From a virus (Duplodnaviria > Caudoviricetes): a stretch of DNA of 36,877 nt. The notes under the pieces are model-generated. The model did no database searches and had not been told where the DNA came from. It saw only the letters and a list, made by a program, of their open reading frames with translations. Of this stretch, positions 24,708 to 34,179 are shown in pieces. The translations under genes were made by a program, and so were the position numbers. Positions within the stretch are counted from its first letter, which is position 1, and every line of letters starts with the position of its first letter. The stretch lies in IMG/VR virus record IMGVR_UViG_3300025196_000010, positions 1 to 36,877 of that record. One strand, 5' to 3'.

Positions 24708-27245
24708 ATGAAAGACCAATGCAAAGCAGCCGTAGCTAAAGCACTCGGAAAGCCATCACTCAATCAGCAAGAAGCTACCAAAATCGATCAGCGTGTAACA
24801 AAGGCAATGCAAAATCTTGCAAGTCAGGATCGGGATAAGTGGCGCAATATGAGTCAAATAGATAAGTTGACAGCGGCAAGTGAGCAAGTCGCTAAAGATA
24901 TTCAAAGTGACCTAGCACGCAAAAAGCAGATTCTAGCCAAAGATATTATTAAACGAAGTCAAGGTTTAGAAATCATAAAGACTCCTGGGCTTGCTGCAAA
25001 TCAAAATTTAGATCGAATGATTGCTCATAATGGTGATATGTCTGGCATCACGTCTTTGAACTCAGAGTACAAAGTGATTGCCAATGAAACAAAGCGCCAT
25101 ATGTGGAATTTCTACACAAAAATTAAAGGTGCATTAGGGATTTGGACTGACAACAATTTGATGAAAGACGTGGCCCGTGAACGTTTTGGAGAAGATACGG
25201 GTAACAGTGTTGCAAAACAAATAGCAACTGAACTTGGAAAAATGTATGACGATCTGCGTGTACGGTTTAATGCCGCTGGTGGTGATATTGGCGATTTGGG
25301 GGATGATTTTGGATTTAATACTATTTGGGAGGGTGACAAGTTAAAAGATGCTGGTATGCAGCAATGGCTGGATGATGCTCTTAAAAATATTGACCGCTCT
25401 AAATATGTAGATATTGATGGTAATCCATTAACTAATGATCAGATCAAGGAGATGATTAGTTACTCATTTGAATCAATTACGACAGATGGCTTAAATAAGC
25501 TAAATGTTGGTGAAGTTGTGCAAGGTGGTGGAAAGGTTACAAATCGAATGAGTCAGGCTCGTGTGCTGCACTGGAAAAATGCAGATGCGTGGCTTGAGAT
25601 GCAACAAAAATATGGTGCGATTCCATTCGTTGATTTAATTGATTCTCACATTGATACCATGGCTAAAAATATTGCATTAGTTGAAAAGTTCGGAAGTAAT
25701 CCAAACCGCGCTTTTGAAATTTTAGCGCAAGAAGCTAAACGAATTGATGGTGAAAATGGGATTAAAACGAATGCGCTAACTGATGGTATAAGACGTGCAA
25801 CCACAATGTACGATGTATTTGCTAATCGTGAAATGAATCATGGTATCGAAGCACTAAATTCGTTTGGGGTGGCTTACCGTGCTTGGAATGTCTCCACTAT
25901 GCTTGGTTCTGCTCTGCTGGCATCCCTTTCAGATATTGCGCCGATGATCAAACTTGCACGTATGCATAATCTTTCTGTTGCTAAATTAATGGGAAATTTG
26001 GCTGGTGAGCTAAATCCATTTAATCCCAAGGATAGAGAGTTATCATTCAGCATGGGTATTGCAGTAGATGAGATAACCTCCTCCCTTGGACGATTTGCGG
26101 CAGAAGATCTTACAAGTGTTTACGATCGCGCCAGTCAAGTAGCACGTGTTTCTAATACAGCCTCATCAACTATCATGCGTGCCTCACTTCTTAATGCTTG
26201 GACACGTGCGACCAAAGCTGCATGGTCGAAAACCTTAATGAATAAATACGCCAATTTGCCCAAAGAAAAAAAATGGGGGCAACTAGATGCCGAAGATCAG
26301 GGTTTTTTAAAAGCGGTTGGTTTGGATGAACGCACTTGGGAGGTAATGAGCTTAGCAGAGCCTATGAAGGATGGGGCAGGTAATCCATTGATGACGACCC
26401 AATCAATATTAAACATCCCAGATGAACAACTAAATCACTTGGGTAATCCAATAGAAGTAAAAAACCAAGCAGTTAAAAAATACTTCTCCCATGTTTTAGA
26501 TGAACAAGGAATGGCAGTAATTGAATCTGGATTACGTGAGCGCACAAGACTGTATGGCAAAACTCATGGCGGTGAAATTTTAGGTTTTTTTGGACGCGGA
26601 ATGATGCAGTTTAAATCGTTCCCTGTAACCTTCCTTATGCGGCATGGGACACGTGCGTTGCGTGATGGAGCACTTTCACCAACACCATATACTTATATGA
26701 TTCCTCTTGCCCTTGGTATGAGCGCTATGGGAGCTTTATCTTTGCAGTTGGGTGAAATAGCAAATGGTAATAATCCTTTACCTATGTGGGATGATGATGA
26801 ACCTGATGTTGCTTTAAGTTTCATGACGAAGGCTATGATGAAAGGCGGCGGTATGACCTTACTAGGGGATATTGTTGCTGCTGGTGCAGATACATCTGGT
26901 CGTGATGGGAGAGATTTTTTATTGGGCCCGATGGGCGGAGATATTATTAAACTAGCTCAGCTCACAAGTGGAACAGCCAATCAGATTTTGAATGGCAAGG
27001 ATGTCACAAGCAAAACCAACCAAATGTATATGTTGGCAAAATCAAAAATACCCGGTCAAAATCTTTGGTATACAAAAACCGCCATGAACCGCTTAATGTT
27101 TGATGATATTCAAAATATGATTGCACCGGACTTCCAACAAAAGTATAAAAGGAAAATGCAAAAGCAAGGCCGTAGTCAATGGTGGGAAAGTGGCGAGGGT
27201 CTTGATGGTTTGAATCCAATTGATTTTGAAAAGGCTATTCAATAA
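24708..27245 (+). CDS. Large internal virion/ejection protein (gp16 C-terminal-like)
   Basis: GEI..MMQFKSFP, hydrophobic helices, LLGP and IPGQNLWY motifs typical of podoviral injection proteins. Confidence 0.7.
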   Translation: MKDQCKAAVAKALGKPSLNQQEATKIDQRVTKAMQNLASQDRDKWRNMSQIDKLTAASEQVAKDIQSDLARKKQILAKDIIKRSQGLEIIKTPGLAANQNLDRMIAHNGDMSGITSLNSEYKVIANETKRHMWNFYTKIKGALGIWTDNNLMKDVARERFGEDTGNSVAKQIATELGKMYDDLRVRFNAAGGDIGDLGDDFGFNTIWEGDKLKDAGMQQWLDDALKNIDRSKYVDIDGNPLTNDQIKEMISYSFESITTDGLNKLNVGEVVQGGGKVTNRMSQARVLHWKNADAWLEMQQKYGAIPFVDLIDSHIDTMAKNIALVEKFGSNPNRAFEILAQEAKRIDGENGIKTNALTDGIRRATTMYDVFANREMNHGIEALNSFGVAYRAWNVSTMLGSALLASLSDIAPMIKLARMHNLSVAKLMGNLAGELNPFNPKDRELSFSMGIAVDEITSSLGRFAAEDLTSVYDRASQVARVSNTASSTIMRASLLNAWTRATKAAWSKTLMNKYANLPKEKKWGQLDAEDQGFLKAVGLDERTWEVMSLAEPMKDGAGNPLMTTQSILNIPDEQLNHLGNPIEVKNQAVKKYFSHVLDEQGMAVIESGLRERTRLYGKTHGGEILGFFGRGMMQFKSFPVTFLMRHGTRALRDGALSPTPYTYMIPLALGMSAMGALSLQLGEIANGNNPLPMWDDDEPDVALSFMTKAMMKGGGMTLLGDIVAAGADTSGRDGRDFLLGPMGGDIIKLAQLTSGTANQILNGKDVTSKTNQMYMLAKSKIPGQNLWYTKTAMNRLMFDDIQNMIAPDFQQKYKRKMQKQGRSQWWESGEGLDGLNPIDFEKAIQ

Positions 27246-27247
27246 AT

Positions 27248-27550
27248 ATGAAAAAGTTATTTGGCTCTTTATGTGTTGTTATATTGCTTACTGGTTGCGC
27301 CACACTAGACAATGGAAACAAAAGTCGTATTCAAATTTTACAGAGTAATAGTGCACTAATTAACGGGTGTCAAAAGCTTGGTCCAATTCATGTTGACATT
27401 CAATCCATGAGCTTTAACAAAGCATCAAGTGAGGAATTGGTAAAACAAGCATCCAGTTATGGCGCGGATACTGTTGCTATTATTAATCGTCAGAACCTGC
27501 CATTAGGACACGTGATTATTGATGCCACAGCTTTGAAGTGCTACAGCTAA
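27248..27550 (+). CDS. Small lipoprotein (DUF4156-like)
   Basis: Signal MKKLFGSLCVVILLTG-C lipobox; GCQKLG..GADTV..ALKC pattern. Confidence 0.75.
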   Translation: MKKLFGSLCVVILLTGCATLDNGNKSRIQILQSNSALINGCQKLGPIHVDIQSMSFNKASSEELVKQASSYGADTVAIINRQNLPLGHVIIDATALKCYS

Positions 27551-27555
27551 ATATT

Positions 27556-27614
27556 CACCCAACAAACAACAATTCATCCCCCTGTATATATCACTTATAC
27601 AGGGGGATTTTTTT
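27556..27614 (+). promoter_or_regulatory. Late element copy 6: motif plus terminator hairpin abutting ATG 27615
   Basis: CACCCAACAAAC; perfect 13-bp stem ATCCCCCTGTATA/TATACAGGGGGAT; T run; ATG. Confidence 0.75.
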
Positions 27615-27923
27615 ATGCGTGATGATCAAGTAGAACGAATTAAACTGCTTTCAGAGGAAATAGCAGATGACATGGTGAAAACTGCTGTCATGGCAATGGG
27701 TATTGGTCTTGGATCAAATCAGGAGCGCGGTAATAAGGGGTTTATGTATAAGATCGTTAAGGATCAGGCGGGTGTCATGGCTACGCTTCAGCGGATTTTG
27801 GACATTAAATCAGGAGCAATTCCACCAATTAGTGCAACAAAAGCAACTCAGGAAAAGCACGAACAAAATTTAATTAAAAAAGCAGAAGCTGATGCCGCGA
27901 AACTTAAACAGCGTATGAGCTAA
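27615..27923 (+). CDS. Probable terminase small subunit
   Basis: 102-aa helical protein with TAATG coupling to terL; assignment is positional. Confidence 0.55.
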   Translation: MRDDQVERIKLLSEEIADDMVKTAVMAMGIGLGSNQERGNKGFMYKIVKDQAGVMATLQRILDIKSGAIPPISATKATQEKHEQNLIKKAEADAAKLKQRMS

Positions 27924-29611
27924 TGACTAAACCGAAGATCAGCTTTTTAGCGTTCTTCCTACTTTGGGCTGAGCTACAGGGTTGGAAGATACCCACTTTT
28001 CATATTCAAGTCTGTATTTTCCTTGAGGAGTTTTATCTCAATGGGCGTACAGGCTTGCTCATGCTTCCGCGTGGACACTCCAAATCGTCCATATTGGACG
28101 TATTTAATGCGTGGGTGATTTACTGCTGGCCTAGCACTCAAATCTTGCATCAAGGCACTACGGATGCGGATGCTTATAAGTGTTCAAAAGGTACACGTGA
28201 TGTTCTTGAGAGACATCCTTTGTGTACTGGTAATCCTAATGTGGCTATTCGCCAAGGTGAAATTGAACGTTGGTTTGTAGAAGGCACACCAGACGTTCGT
28301 TACGGCACTATGCTGGCAAAAGGCATCTTGTCAGGTGTCACAGGGCATCGTGCGCACTTTATCCAAAACGATGACGTTGAGACACCGCAGACCACAGCAA
28401 ACCCTGAGCAAAGAGAGAAGCTACCTAAAAAGCTATCTGAACAAACGCACATTGCTATCCCAGGTGCAAAACGGCTTTGGATAGGTACACCGCACACCCA
28501 TGATTCACTCTATGAAAAAATCAAGAAGCAGCGAAAAGTCAGTAAGCTGATTCTTAAAATGTTTGAAAACGAAAAACGTGTTGAGGACAGCGTCAAAGGT
28601 CAAAAGGTACTACTTGATTTTGAACCGATACATGCTTTCTCAGGCATTGGTGTAGGTGCGAAATACCTAAGAAAAGGTGAAAACTACGAATGTAGAAAAT
28701 TAAAGAACGCTTGGGAAGTAACGTTTTTAGAATCAAATTACATCGTCGATTTTTATTCTAAGGGAATTTGGGAGGAGCGTTTTACACCTGAAGAAATGGA
28801 ATTTCGCCGTGAGGAATGTAAAACCCTGAATGAATGGGATTCACAGTATCAGATGCATGCCAAGCCAATTGGTGATGTTCGTCTTGATCCTGACAAAATC
28901 CTTGCCTATGACTGTGAGCCAGTTTTGAGACGTTCGAATGGTCAATATCTCATGATGCTAGGGGAGCGCCGTATCGTGGGTATGTCAGCGAAATGGGACC
29001 CATCTAGCGGCAAGCTTAAATCTGATATTTCATCTGTAGCTTTATTCTTACATGACGATTTAGGTACGAAGTATTGGCATCGATCAATTGCTTTAACTGG
29101 TCCCGATATTATTACCAACGATGATGGTGAAATTGTTGGTGGGCAAGTTTGGCAACTTTGTGATCTTGTTGAAAAATACTATGTTCCTAAAATCGTGATT
29201 GAAACCAACGGTATTGGTGGCTTTGCTGGATCTTCACTCAAGGCAGCTTTGAAGAAGAGAAAGCTACGTTGTGGTGTGGAAGAGCGACACGAAAAACTAA
29301 ATAAAAACAAAAAAATTCTTGATGCGTTTGAAGGACCATTAATGTCTGGGCTTTTGTGGGCTCATATCTCCGTATTGGTTAATTCTGGTGTGAACGGTGA
29401 TGAAGAAGATTCTGCCACAGCGAAACAAATGCGGGAATGGAGCCCTGCTGTTTCAAGTCAACCTGATGACTATTTAGACTCAGCAGCAGGTGCGATTACT
29501 GATCAGCCTGAACGTGTCGGAAAAATACACAGAACTAATGAAGTGAATGAGCGTCCTAATTGGAGAACAGACGGTGGTGTTGCAGAAGCCACCTTAGATT
29601 TTAACGATTAG
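27923..29611 (+). CDS. terL: Terminase large subunit
   Basis: Walker A MLPRGHSKS, Walker B FIQNDDVE, IGTP, nuclease motifs WDPSSG, IETNG and DDYLDS. Confidence 0.92.
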   Translation: MTKPKISFLAFFLLWAELQGWKIPTFHIQVCIFLEEFYLNGRTGLLMLPRGHSKSSILDVFNAWVIYCWPSTQILHQGTTDADAYKCSKGTRDVLERHPLCTGNPNVAIRQGEIERWFVEGTPDVRYGTMLAKGILSGVTGHRAHFIQNDDVETPQTTANPEQREKLPKKLSEQTHIAIPGAKRLWIGTPHTHDSLYEKIKKQRKVSKLILKMFENEKRVEDSVKGQKVLLDFEPIHAFSGIGVGAKYLRKGENYECRKLKNAWEVTFLESNYIVDFYSKGIWEERFTPEEMEFRREECKTLNEWDSQYQMHAKPIGDVRLDPDKILAYDCEPVLRRSNGQYLMMLGERRIVGMSAKWDPSSGKLKSDISSVALFLHDDLGTKYWHRSIALTGPDIITNDDGEIVGGQVWQLCDLVEKYYVPKIVIETNGIGGFAGSSLKAALKKRKLRCGVEERHEKLNKNKKILDAFEGPLMSGLLWAHISVLVNSGVNGDEEDSATAKQMREWSPAVSSQPDDYLDSAAGAITDQPERVGKIHRTNEVNERPNWRTDGGVAEATLDFND

Positions 29612-29620
29612 GGGGCAACT

Positions 29621-31876
29621 ATGGCAGTCCAAGAACAAACGCCATATATCGAACACGTTGCAAATGGAGTTACAACGTCCTTTGCTTTGGAGTTTGAATG
29701 CAAAGATAAAGAGCATTTGATTGTATTAGTGGATAATGTAGAACCCAATGTGGGTACATGGTCCTTAGCTAATGGTTCCGTTGTATTTGGGACAGCACCA
29801 GCAGATGGGAAAATCATTTCGATTCAGCGCAATACGCCATTCCGACGTGATACAAACTTTCAAAGTTATGACAACTCACTGCGTCCTGCCACAATTAATA
29901 AAGATTTCGATTGGATCTGGTACAAGTTACAAGAACTTGGCGTAGCCGACTGGATTCTAGGCAATCGAATTGATGCACTAAAAAACTATGTAGATGATCG
30001 TGACGATGAGTTACGAGCATACCTGATGGAAGAGATCCGCAAGCAAGGTGTAGCGCTTGATCAGCTAGAGGACTATTACAATTATTTAATGGAGCGCCTT
30101 GCCCAAATTGCTGTAGATAAGGGTTGGGATTCTTCTTTTGTTGTCCACAAAGGTCAGACGCAGTTTGAGATTAATGAGGAGCAAAAACAGATTAATAATG
30201 GTCTGTTAATGCCGGTTAACACACCTCGTGCCCCAAGCATTAATCGCGCCCTTTATAATCATGTTGTCGAACAGGTGAACGTCAAAGACTACGGCGCAAT
30301 CGGTGACGGTACCCTGCACACAGTTCAGGAGTGGATTGATTCAGGTAAGTTTAGCAGTCTGGCCGATATTCAAGTCGAATACCCGCATGTGACTTCATTG
30401 GCTGACTCTGTAGACTGGGCAGCGATGCAGCTATGTATCAAAATGCGTAAAAATATTTATGCTCCAGGTGACACAGGTTCGTATGTGTTTGGGCCAAATA
30501 CTGTACACACCCCTCACAGTGGTAGTCCTAACCGCGTAGATAGCGGTGCATACATTTATGGTGATAGGGGTAAATCTGTCTTTACTCGCGACGAGGTTGG
30601 CGAAGTTTCGACACGAATACTGAAACTAGACGGCACTTTAGATATTGCTGCAAGTGATGACATAAACAACAACGAAGCTGTTTTTTCATTGCATGGAAGC
30701 TATTATAAATTCTCTGACATTGCTATCCATCACTCAAAAGTAGGTATCTTTATGGGTCAGGACATGACCCAAGCAGAGAAATCCGCTTGCTATAAAAATA
30801 TTATACGTGATGTTGAGTTTCGTAGATGTTCACAACCTATAATTATGAGTTCCGCTTATGGTAATCATTATAACGACATTTCAAACATTCATTTTATTGA
30901 GTGCCAGATTGATTGTGAAATGAGAAATGGTAAGCATGACATTGTAACTATTGCAAATAATAACCGGAACTATTTTACAAATATCAGGTCAAATCGTTCA
31001 ATTGTTGGATTGCTTTGTACATCCGGCGATACAAATCGTATGACATCGTGGGATGGAGAAGGCTGTGGAGCCTCTCCCACAAATAACCCTTACCCACTAC
31101 CGTTAGGTCTGCCTAAATTATCAGATGGTATTACACAGATTACAAACGGGGTTCATATTCTCACTGGGCAAGGACAGTTAAACAAATTCCTTAACTGTCA
31201 AATGGAAGCTTGTGACATTGAGTTATACAACAACCATTATCGGAACAGCTTTGTTAATTGTGGCTATCATGAGGCTGTTGCGAACGGTACTCAGGTCTAC
31301 AACCTGCAGGAGCCTGGATTATTTATTTCACACAATTCTTTCTTCACATCGATCTTTTGCCACCTATCGAACCTAAATTCTAATGCGTTCCCGAACGTAA
31401 CTGAGCTTGGTCTTTATGTTCGTGGTAACTCATTCAGAAACAACACTGGTATCGAAAAGTTAAAAGCAACCACTACATCCAAAAACTACTCAGAATGTCG
31501 GGTTTTTGATTTAGGTACAGCGGCCTCAGGATCAACTAAAACCGTTACGATCTGGCGTGATGTAGATCCGTCTTCTAGCGCAAACATCAAAGTTAAGATC
31601 AGCGCGTTATCTACAGCCAATAACTTGTCATTTGCGAACGAAATGGCTGTGAGTGCATACCGGTCAAGCACTAGATCGCTAACACGCTATTTTATGCAAG
31701 AACTGTATAAACTAAGAGCAACCGGCCAAGGTATAGGAGATTCAACTAGTGTAATTGTTCCCACAATTGCTAACGGCGGAAGCTCTTCACGTGAGCTAGT
31801 TCTCACTCTTACAATGCCAGCCTATGCGATGGACAGCGTGTTTGTAGAAGTTGAACTGTGTGTTGGTGCTACGTGA
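29621..31876 (+). CDS. Tail fibre/tailspike with T7 gp17-like anchor and beta-helix (probable polysaccharide depolymerase)
   Basis: ANGVTTSF..IQRNTP..NKDFD anchor, coiled coil, VNVKDYGAIGDG entry motif, Asn/Cys/Ile-rich rungs. Confidence 0.82.
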   Translation: MAVQEQTPYIEHVANGVTTSFALEFECKDKEHLIVLVDNVEPNVGTWSLANGSVVFGTAPADGKIISIQRNTPFRRDTNFQSYDNSLRPATINKDFDWIWYKLQELGVADWILGNRIDALKNYVDDRDDELRAYLMEEIRKQGVALDQLEDYYNYLMERLAQIAVDKGWDSSFVVHKGQTQFEINEEQKQINNGLLMPVNTPRAPSINRALYNHVVEQVNVKDYGAIGDGTLHTVQEWIDSGKFSSLADIQVEYPHVTSLADSVDWAAMQLCIKMRKNIYAPGDTGSYVFGPNTVHTPHSGSPNRVDSGAYIYGDRGKSVFTRDEVGEVSTRILKLDGTLDIAASDDINNNEAVFSLHGSYYKFSDIAIHHSKVGIFMGQDMTQAEKSACYKNIIRDVEFRRCSQPIIMSSAYGNHYNDISNIHFIECQIDCEMRNGKHDIVTIANNNRNYFTNIRSNRSIVGLLCTSGDTNRMTSWDGEGCGASPTNNPYPLPLGLPKLSDGITQITNGVHILTGQGQLNKFLNCQMEACDIELYNNHYRNSFVNCGYHEAVANGTQVYNLQEPGLFISHNSFFTSIFCHLSNLNSNAFPNVTELGLYVRGNSFRNNTGIEKLKATTTSKNYSECRVFDLGTAASGSTKTVTIWRDVDPSSSANIKVKISALSTANNLSFANEMAVSAYRSSTRSLTRYFMQELYKLRATGQGIGDSTSVIVPTIANGGSSSRELVLTLTMPAYAMDSVFVEVELCVGAT

Positions 31877-31892
31877 CACATAAATCATTTAT

Positions 31893-31944
31893 CACCCAAC
31901 AAACCACTACCAACCCTGATCTTTAATAAAGATCAGGGTTTTTT
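31893..31944 (+). promoter_or_regulatory. Late element copy 7: motif plus terminator hairpin before the lysis cassette
   Basis: CACCCAACAAAC; stem AACCCTGATCTTT/AAAGATCAGGGTT; T run; separate AAGGAG SD before the holin. Confidence 0.75.
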
Positions 31945-31967
31945 ATTACCAAAAATAAGGAGGGAGC

Positions 31968-32246
31968 ATGGCAGATCATGCACAAACAGCAATTGAAGCA
32001 AGTGCAGCAATCACAAGTGCTTCTTCAAAAACTGCAGTCGCTGGGGGTGGGGTGTCATTTGTTGGATGGTTAGCTGGTCTCGATCCAATGACGGTTCTTG
32101 GTGTTTGCATTGGTTTAGGTGGCTTATTAGTTAGTTTTTTAAGTTTCTTAATTAACTGGCATTACAAGAAAAAAGAAGATCAGCGTGCTGATGAACTCCA
32201 TCAAATTGCGCTACGAAAAGCGAATGGTGAATGTAATGTCGAATAA
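31968..32246 (+). CDS. Holin
   Basis: Hydrophobic segments, charged C-terminus (NWHYKKKEDQR), upstream of the lysozyme. Confidence 0.8.
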   Translation: MADHAQTAIEASAAITSASSKTAVAGGGVSFVGWLAGLDPMTVLGVCIGLGGLLVSFLSFLINWHYKKKEDQRADELHQIALRKANGECNVE

Positions 32247-32745
32247 AACCAAGATAGCTGTAACCATGGCAACCGTAATTAGCCTTGGTGGTCTTGCGTG
32301 GACACAAAGCCGTGAAGGTACTGTTCTTAAGCCCTATTACGATAGTGTCAAAGTAGCAACTATTGGCACTGGCACAACAGTCTATCCAAACGGCCAAACT
32401 GTAAAAATCACTGATCCATCAATTACCAAGAAACAAGCAGCTGAATATCTACAATTCCACATGAACAAGGATGCCAAGATTTTCAATAAAACGCTTATTG
32501 GTATTCCTCTTTCTCAAACTGAGTATGACTTGTATATGGATTTCACATACCAGTTTGGTACGGGTGCATGGTCGCAGTCTTCAATGCTACGAAATTTGAA
32601 ATCACGCAACTACGTGCAAGCCTGTAAGTCGTTATTGAAGTGGAAGTATGCAGCAAAGCGCGATTGTTCAATCCGTTCAAATAATTGCTATGGCGTTTGG
32701 ACACGACAACGAGCGCGCTATGAAAAATGCATAGGAGAAAACTAG
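32236..32745 (+). CDS. Endolysin, GH24 lysozyme with SAR-like N-terminal segment
   Basis: E-x8-D-x5-T triad (REGTVLKPYYDSVKVATIG); Ala/Gly/Thr-rich N-terminal hydrophobic stretch. Start moved to ATG 32236. Confidence 0.9.
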   Translation: MSNKTKIAVTMATVISLGGLAWTQSREGTVLKPYYDSVKVATIGTGTTVYPNGQTVKITDPSITKKQAAEYLQFHMNKDAKIFNKTLIGIPLSQTEYDLYMDFTYQFGTGAWSQSSMLRNLKSRNYVQACKSLLKWKYAAKRDCSIRSNNCYGVWTRQRARYEKCIGEN

Positions 32746-33141
32746 ATGACATTTCTTTTGCTGATATGGAATAACAAGCGCTGGACTTTAATCATTGTGC
32801 TTTTGATTTATGCAGTTTTTCAGACTTGGCAATCCAATTCACTGGCAGGTGATCTCAACAAGGCCAATGCTAATTGTAAAACTAAGGTACAGCAAGAAGT
32901 CGATAAGGCTATTAAGCCTTATAAGGATGCAGAACAAGAAGCACAAGAACGAGCACAGAAAGCAGGTGAGGACTATGAACAAACCAAAGAAACCGAACGA
33001 GTCAAAACAGAAACGATTACACGTGAAGTGCAAAAGATCATTGAGCGTCCTGTTTATCTCAACAATTGTTTCGATGATGCTGGGGTGTCAGCAGTCAATG
33101 CCGCTGGTAATACCGCCGAACCTGAAAGCGCGGTGCCCTGA
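32746..33141 (+). CDS. Inner-membrane spanin (Rz-like)
   Basis: N-terminal TM, coiled coil, C-terminal Cys; follows the endolysin. Confidence 0.8.
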   Translation: MTFLLLIWNNKRWTLIIVLLIYAVFQTWQSNSLAGDLNKANANCKTKVQQEVDKAIKPYKDAEQEAQERAQKAGEDYEQTKETERVKTETITREVQKIIERPVYLNNCFDDAGVSAVNAAGNTAEPESAVP

Positions 33142-33274
33142 TTTGCAAACACTTGAATCGGGGCAAGGTAAAGATATTCTGCCCATTATGATTGATGATC
33201 GCCGCAAGTATGTGAACTGTCAGCAACGGCATGCTGCAGTGATTTCGATAGTAGAAAAAAAGCCCTCTAAGTGA
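32975..33274 (+). CDS. Outer-membrane spanin lipoprotein (Rz1-like), overlapping in the +1 frame
   Basis: KRSLSVLFISTIVSMMLG-C lipobox; IPPNLKARCPDL and Y..C..RH motifs. Start is ATG 32975 or GTG 33023. Confidence 0.78.
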   Translation: MNKPKKPNESKQKRLHVKCKRSLSVLFISTIVSMMLGCQQSMPLVIPPNLKARCPDLQTLESGQGKDILPIMIDDRRKYVNCQQRHAAVISIVEKKPSK

Positions 33275-33284
33275 GGGTTTTTTT
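33255..33284. terminator. Bidirectional intrinsic terminator
   Basis: A run-GCCCTC-loop-GAGGGT-T run between convergent genes. Confidence 0.8.
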
Positions 33285-33945
33285 AAATGGCTTTGAGATT
33301 AATCAATAATTTCTCAATTTCCAAAGTTTTAATTTGATTAGTTAGTGCAAGCGTATGATGATAATTTTCATACCAGGTATTTAAGTTTTTTCGTATATAA
33401 AAAATTTCATCATCAAACATATTGATATCTTTGAAAGAGTCTAAGTAGTTGTCATAACGTACAGAGTCTATTTCGAGGGTTCCGGAAACAATAGAATAAG
33501 CTTGAAATTTGCTATAGAGAAAGTTGAAAGATGAATTTAACTCACTAATTTTATTAGTGATATTTGAAATATAAATCATGTTCTTATCAGCATACATTAT
33601 AGCCACATTTACTTCCCAATCATAAGAACTGATTAGCTCATCAAGCTGTTCTAGATAAAAATAGTAGGTAGATAGTTCTTTCTCAAAATTTGAAAAAAGC
33701 TCGTAAACTTGAAAGCCGAAGTTGTTGATAACCTGTTTATTATGTTGGACCTTCCAGTCGTTGAATAAATATACAGCAACAAAAGAAGCTGCAAAAGTTG
33801 CAGATGCCGATAGAATGGAACCAAAAGCAGAAATGTAAGCATCACTTTTTTTAAAGACAAAATAGAATGTGCAGTAGATAAGTAATGCTAAAGCATAACC
33901 AACAGTTAGCCATAAGCCGACAGTTAATAATTTCTCTTTATTCAT
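33283..33945 (-). CDS. Accessory (moron-like) membrane protein
   Basis: Two N-terminal TM segments ending YLFNDWK, helical soluble part, very AT-rich, antisense to the late genes. Confidence 0.75.
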   Translation of the reverse strand: MNKEKLLTVGLWLTVGYALALLIYCTFYFVFKKSDAYISAFGSILSASATFAASFVAVYLFNDWKVQHNKQVINNFGFQVYELFSNFEKELSTYYFYLEQLDELISSYDWEVNVAIMYADKNMIYISNITNKISELNSSFNFLYSKFQAYSIVSGTLEIDSVRYDNYLDSFKDINMFDDEIFYIRKNLNTWYENYHHTLALTNQIKTLEIEKLLINLKAI

Positions 33946-33951
33946 TACGCT

Positions 33952-34179
33952 TTATTTCCCAACAACCTTAGCACCTTTCCAAAACTCCCCGCGTCTACGC
34001 ACTAGAAATGAACTCGCAATACTTTCAGCATGGAATACCTTAGCATCATCTTTATTGTCGACCCAAAACCATTCAGGTTGATAGACCTGTTGGACATCTG
34101 AAAAATCATCGTATTCCAGTATTTCTTGTGTAGCATCTCGATAAGCAAGCCATTTGCCATCTTTGGTGATATAGGCCAT
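33952..34179 (-). CDS. Small hypothetical protein
   Basis: GAGGGG SD before ATG 34179 (MAYITKDGKWL...). Confidence 0.7.
   Translation of the reverse strand: MAYITKDGKWLAYRDATQEILEYDDFSDVQQVYQPEWFWVDNKDDAKVFHAESIASSFLVRRRGEFWKGAKVVGK

Noticed and set aside
27923-29611. Intein or intron in the terminase
   Set aside because: Overall length is normal, the ORF is uninterrupted, and no intein terminal or homing-endonuclease motifs were seen.
32810-32974. Long 154-aa form of the overlapping spanin ORF
   Set aside because: The lipoprotein signal lies about 70 codons in, so the real start is at 32975 or 33023.
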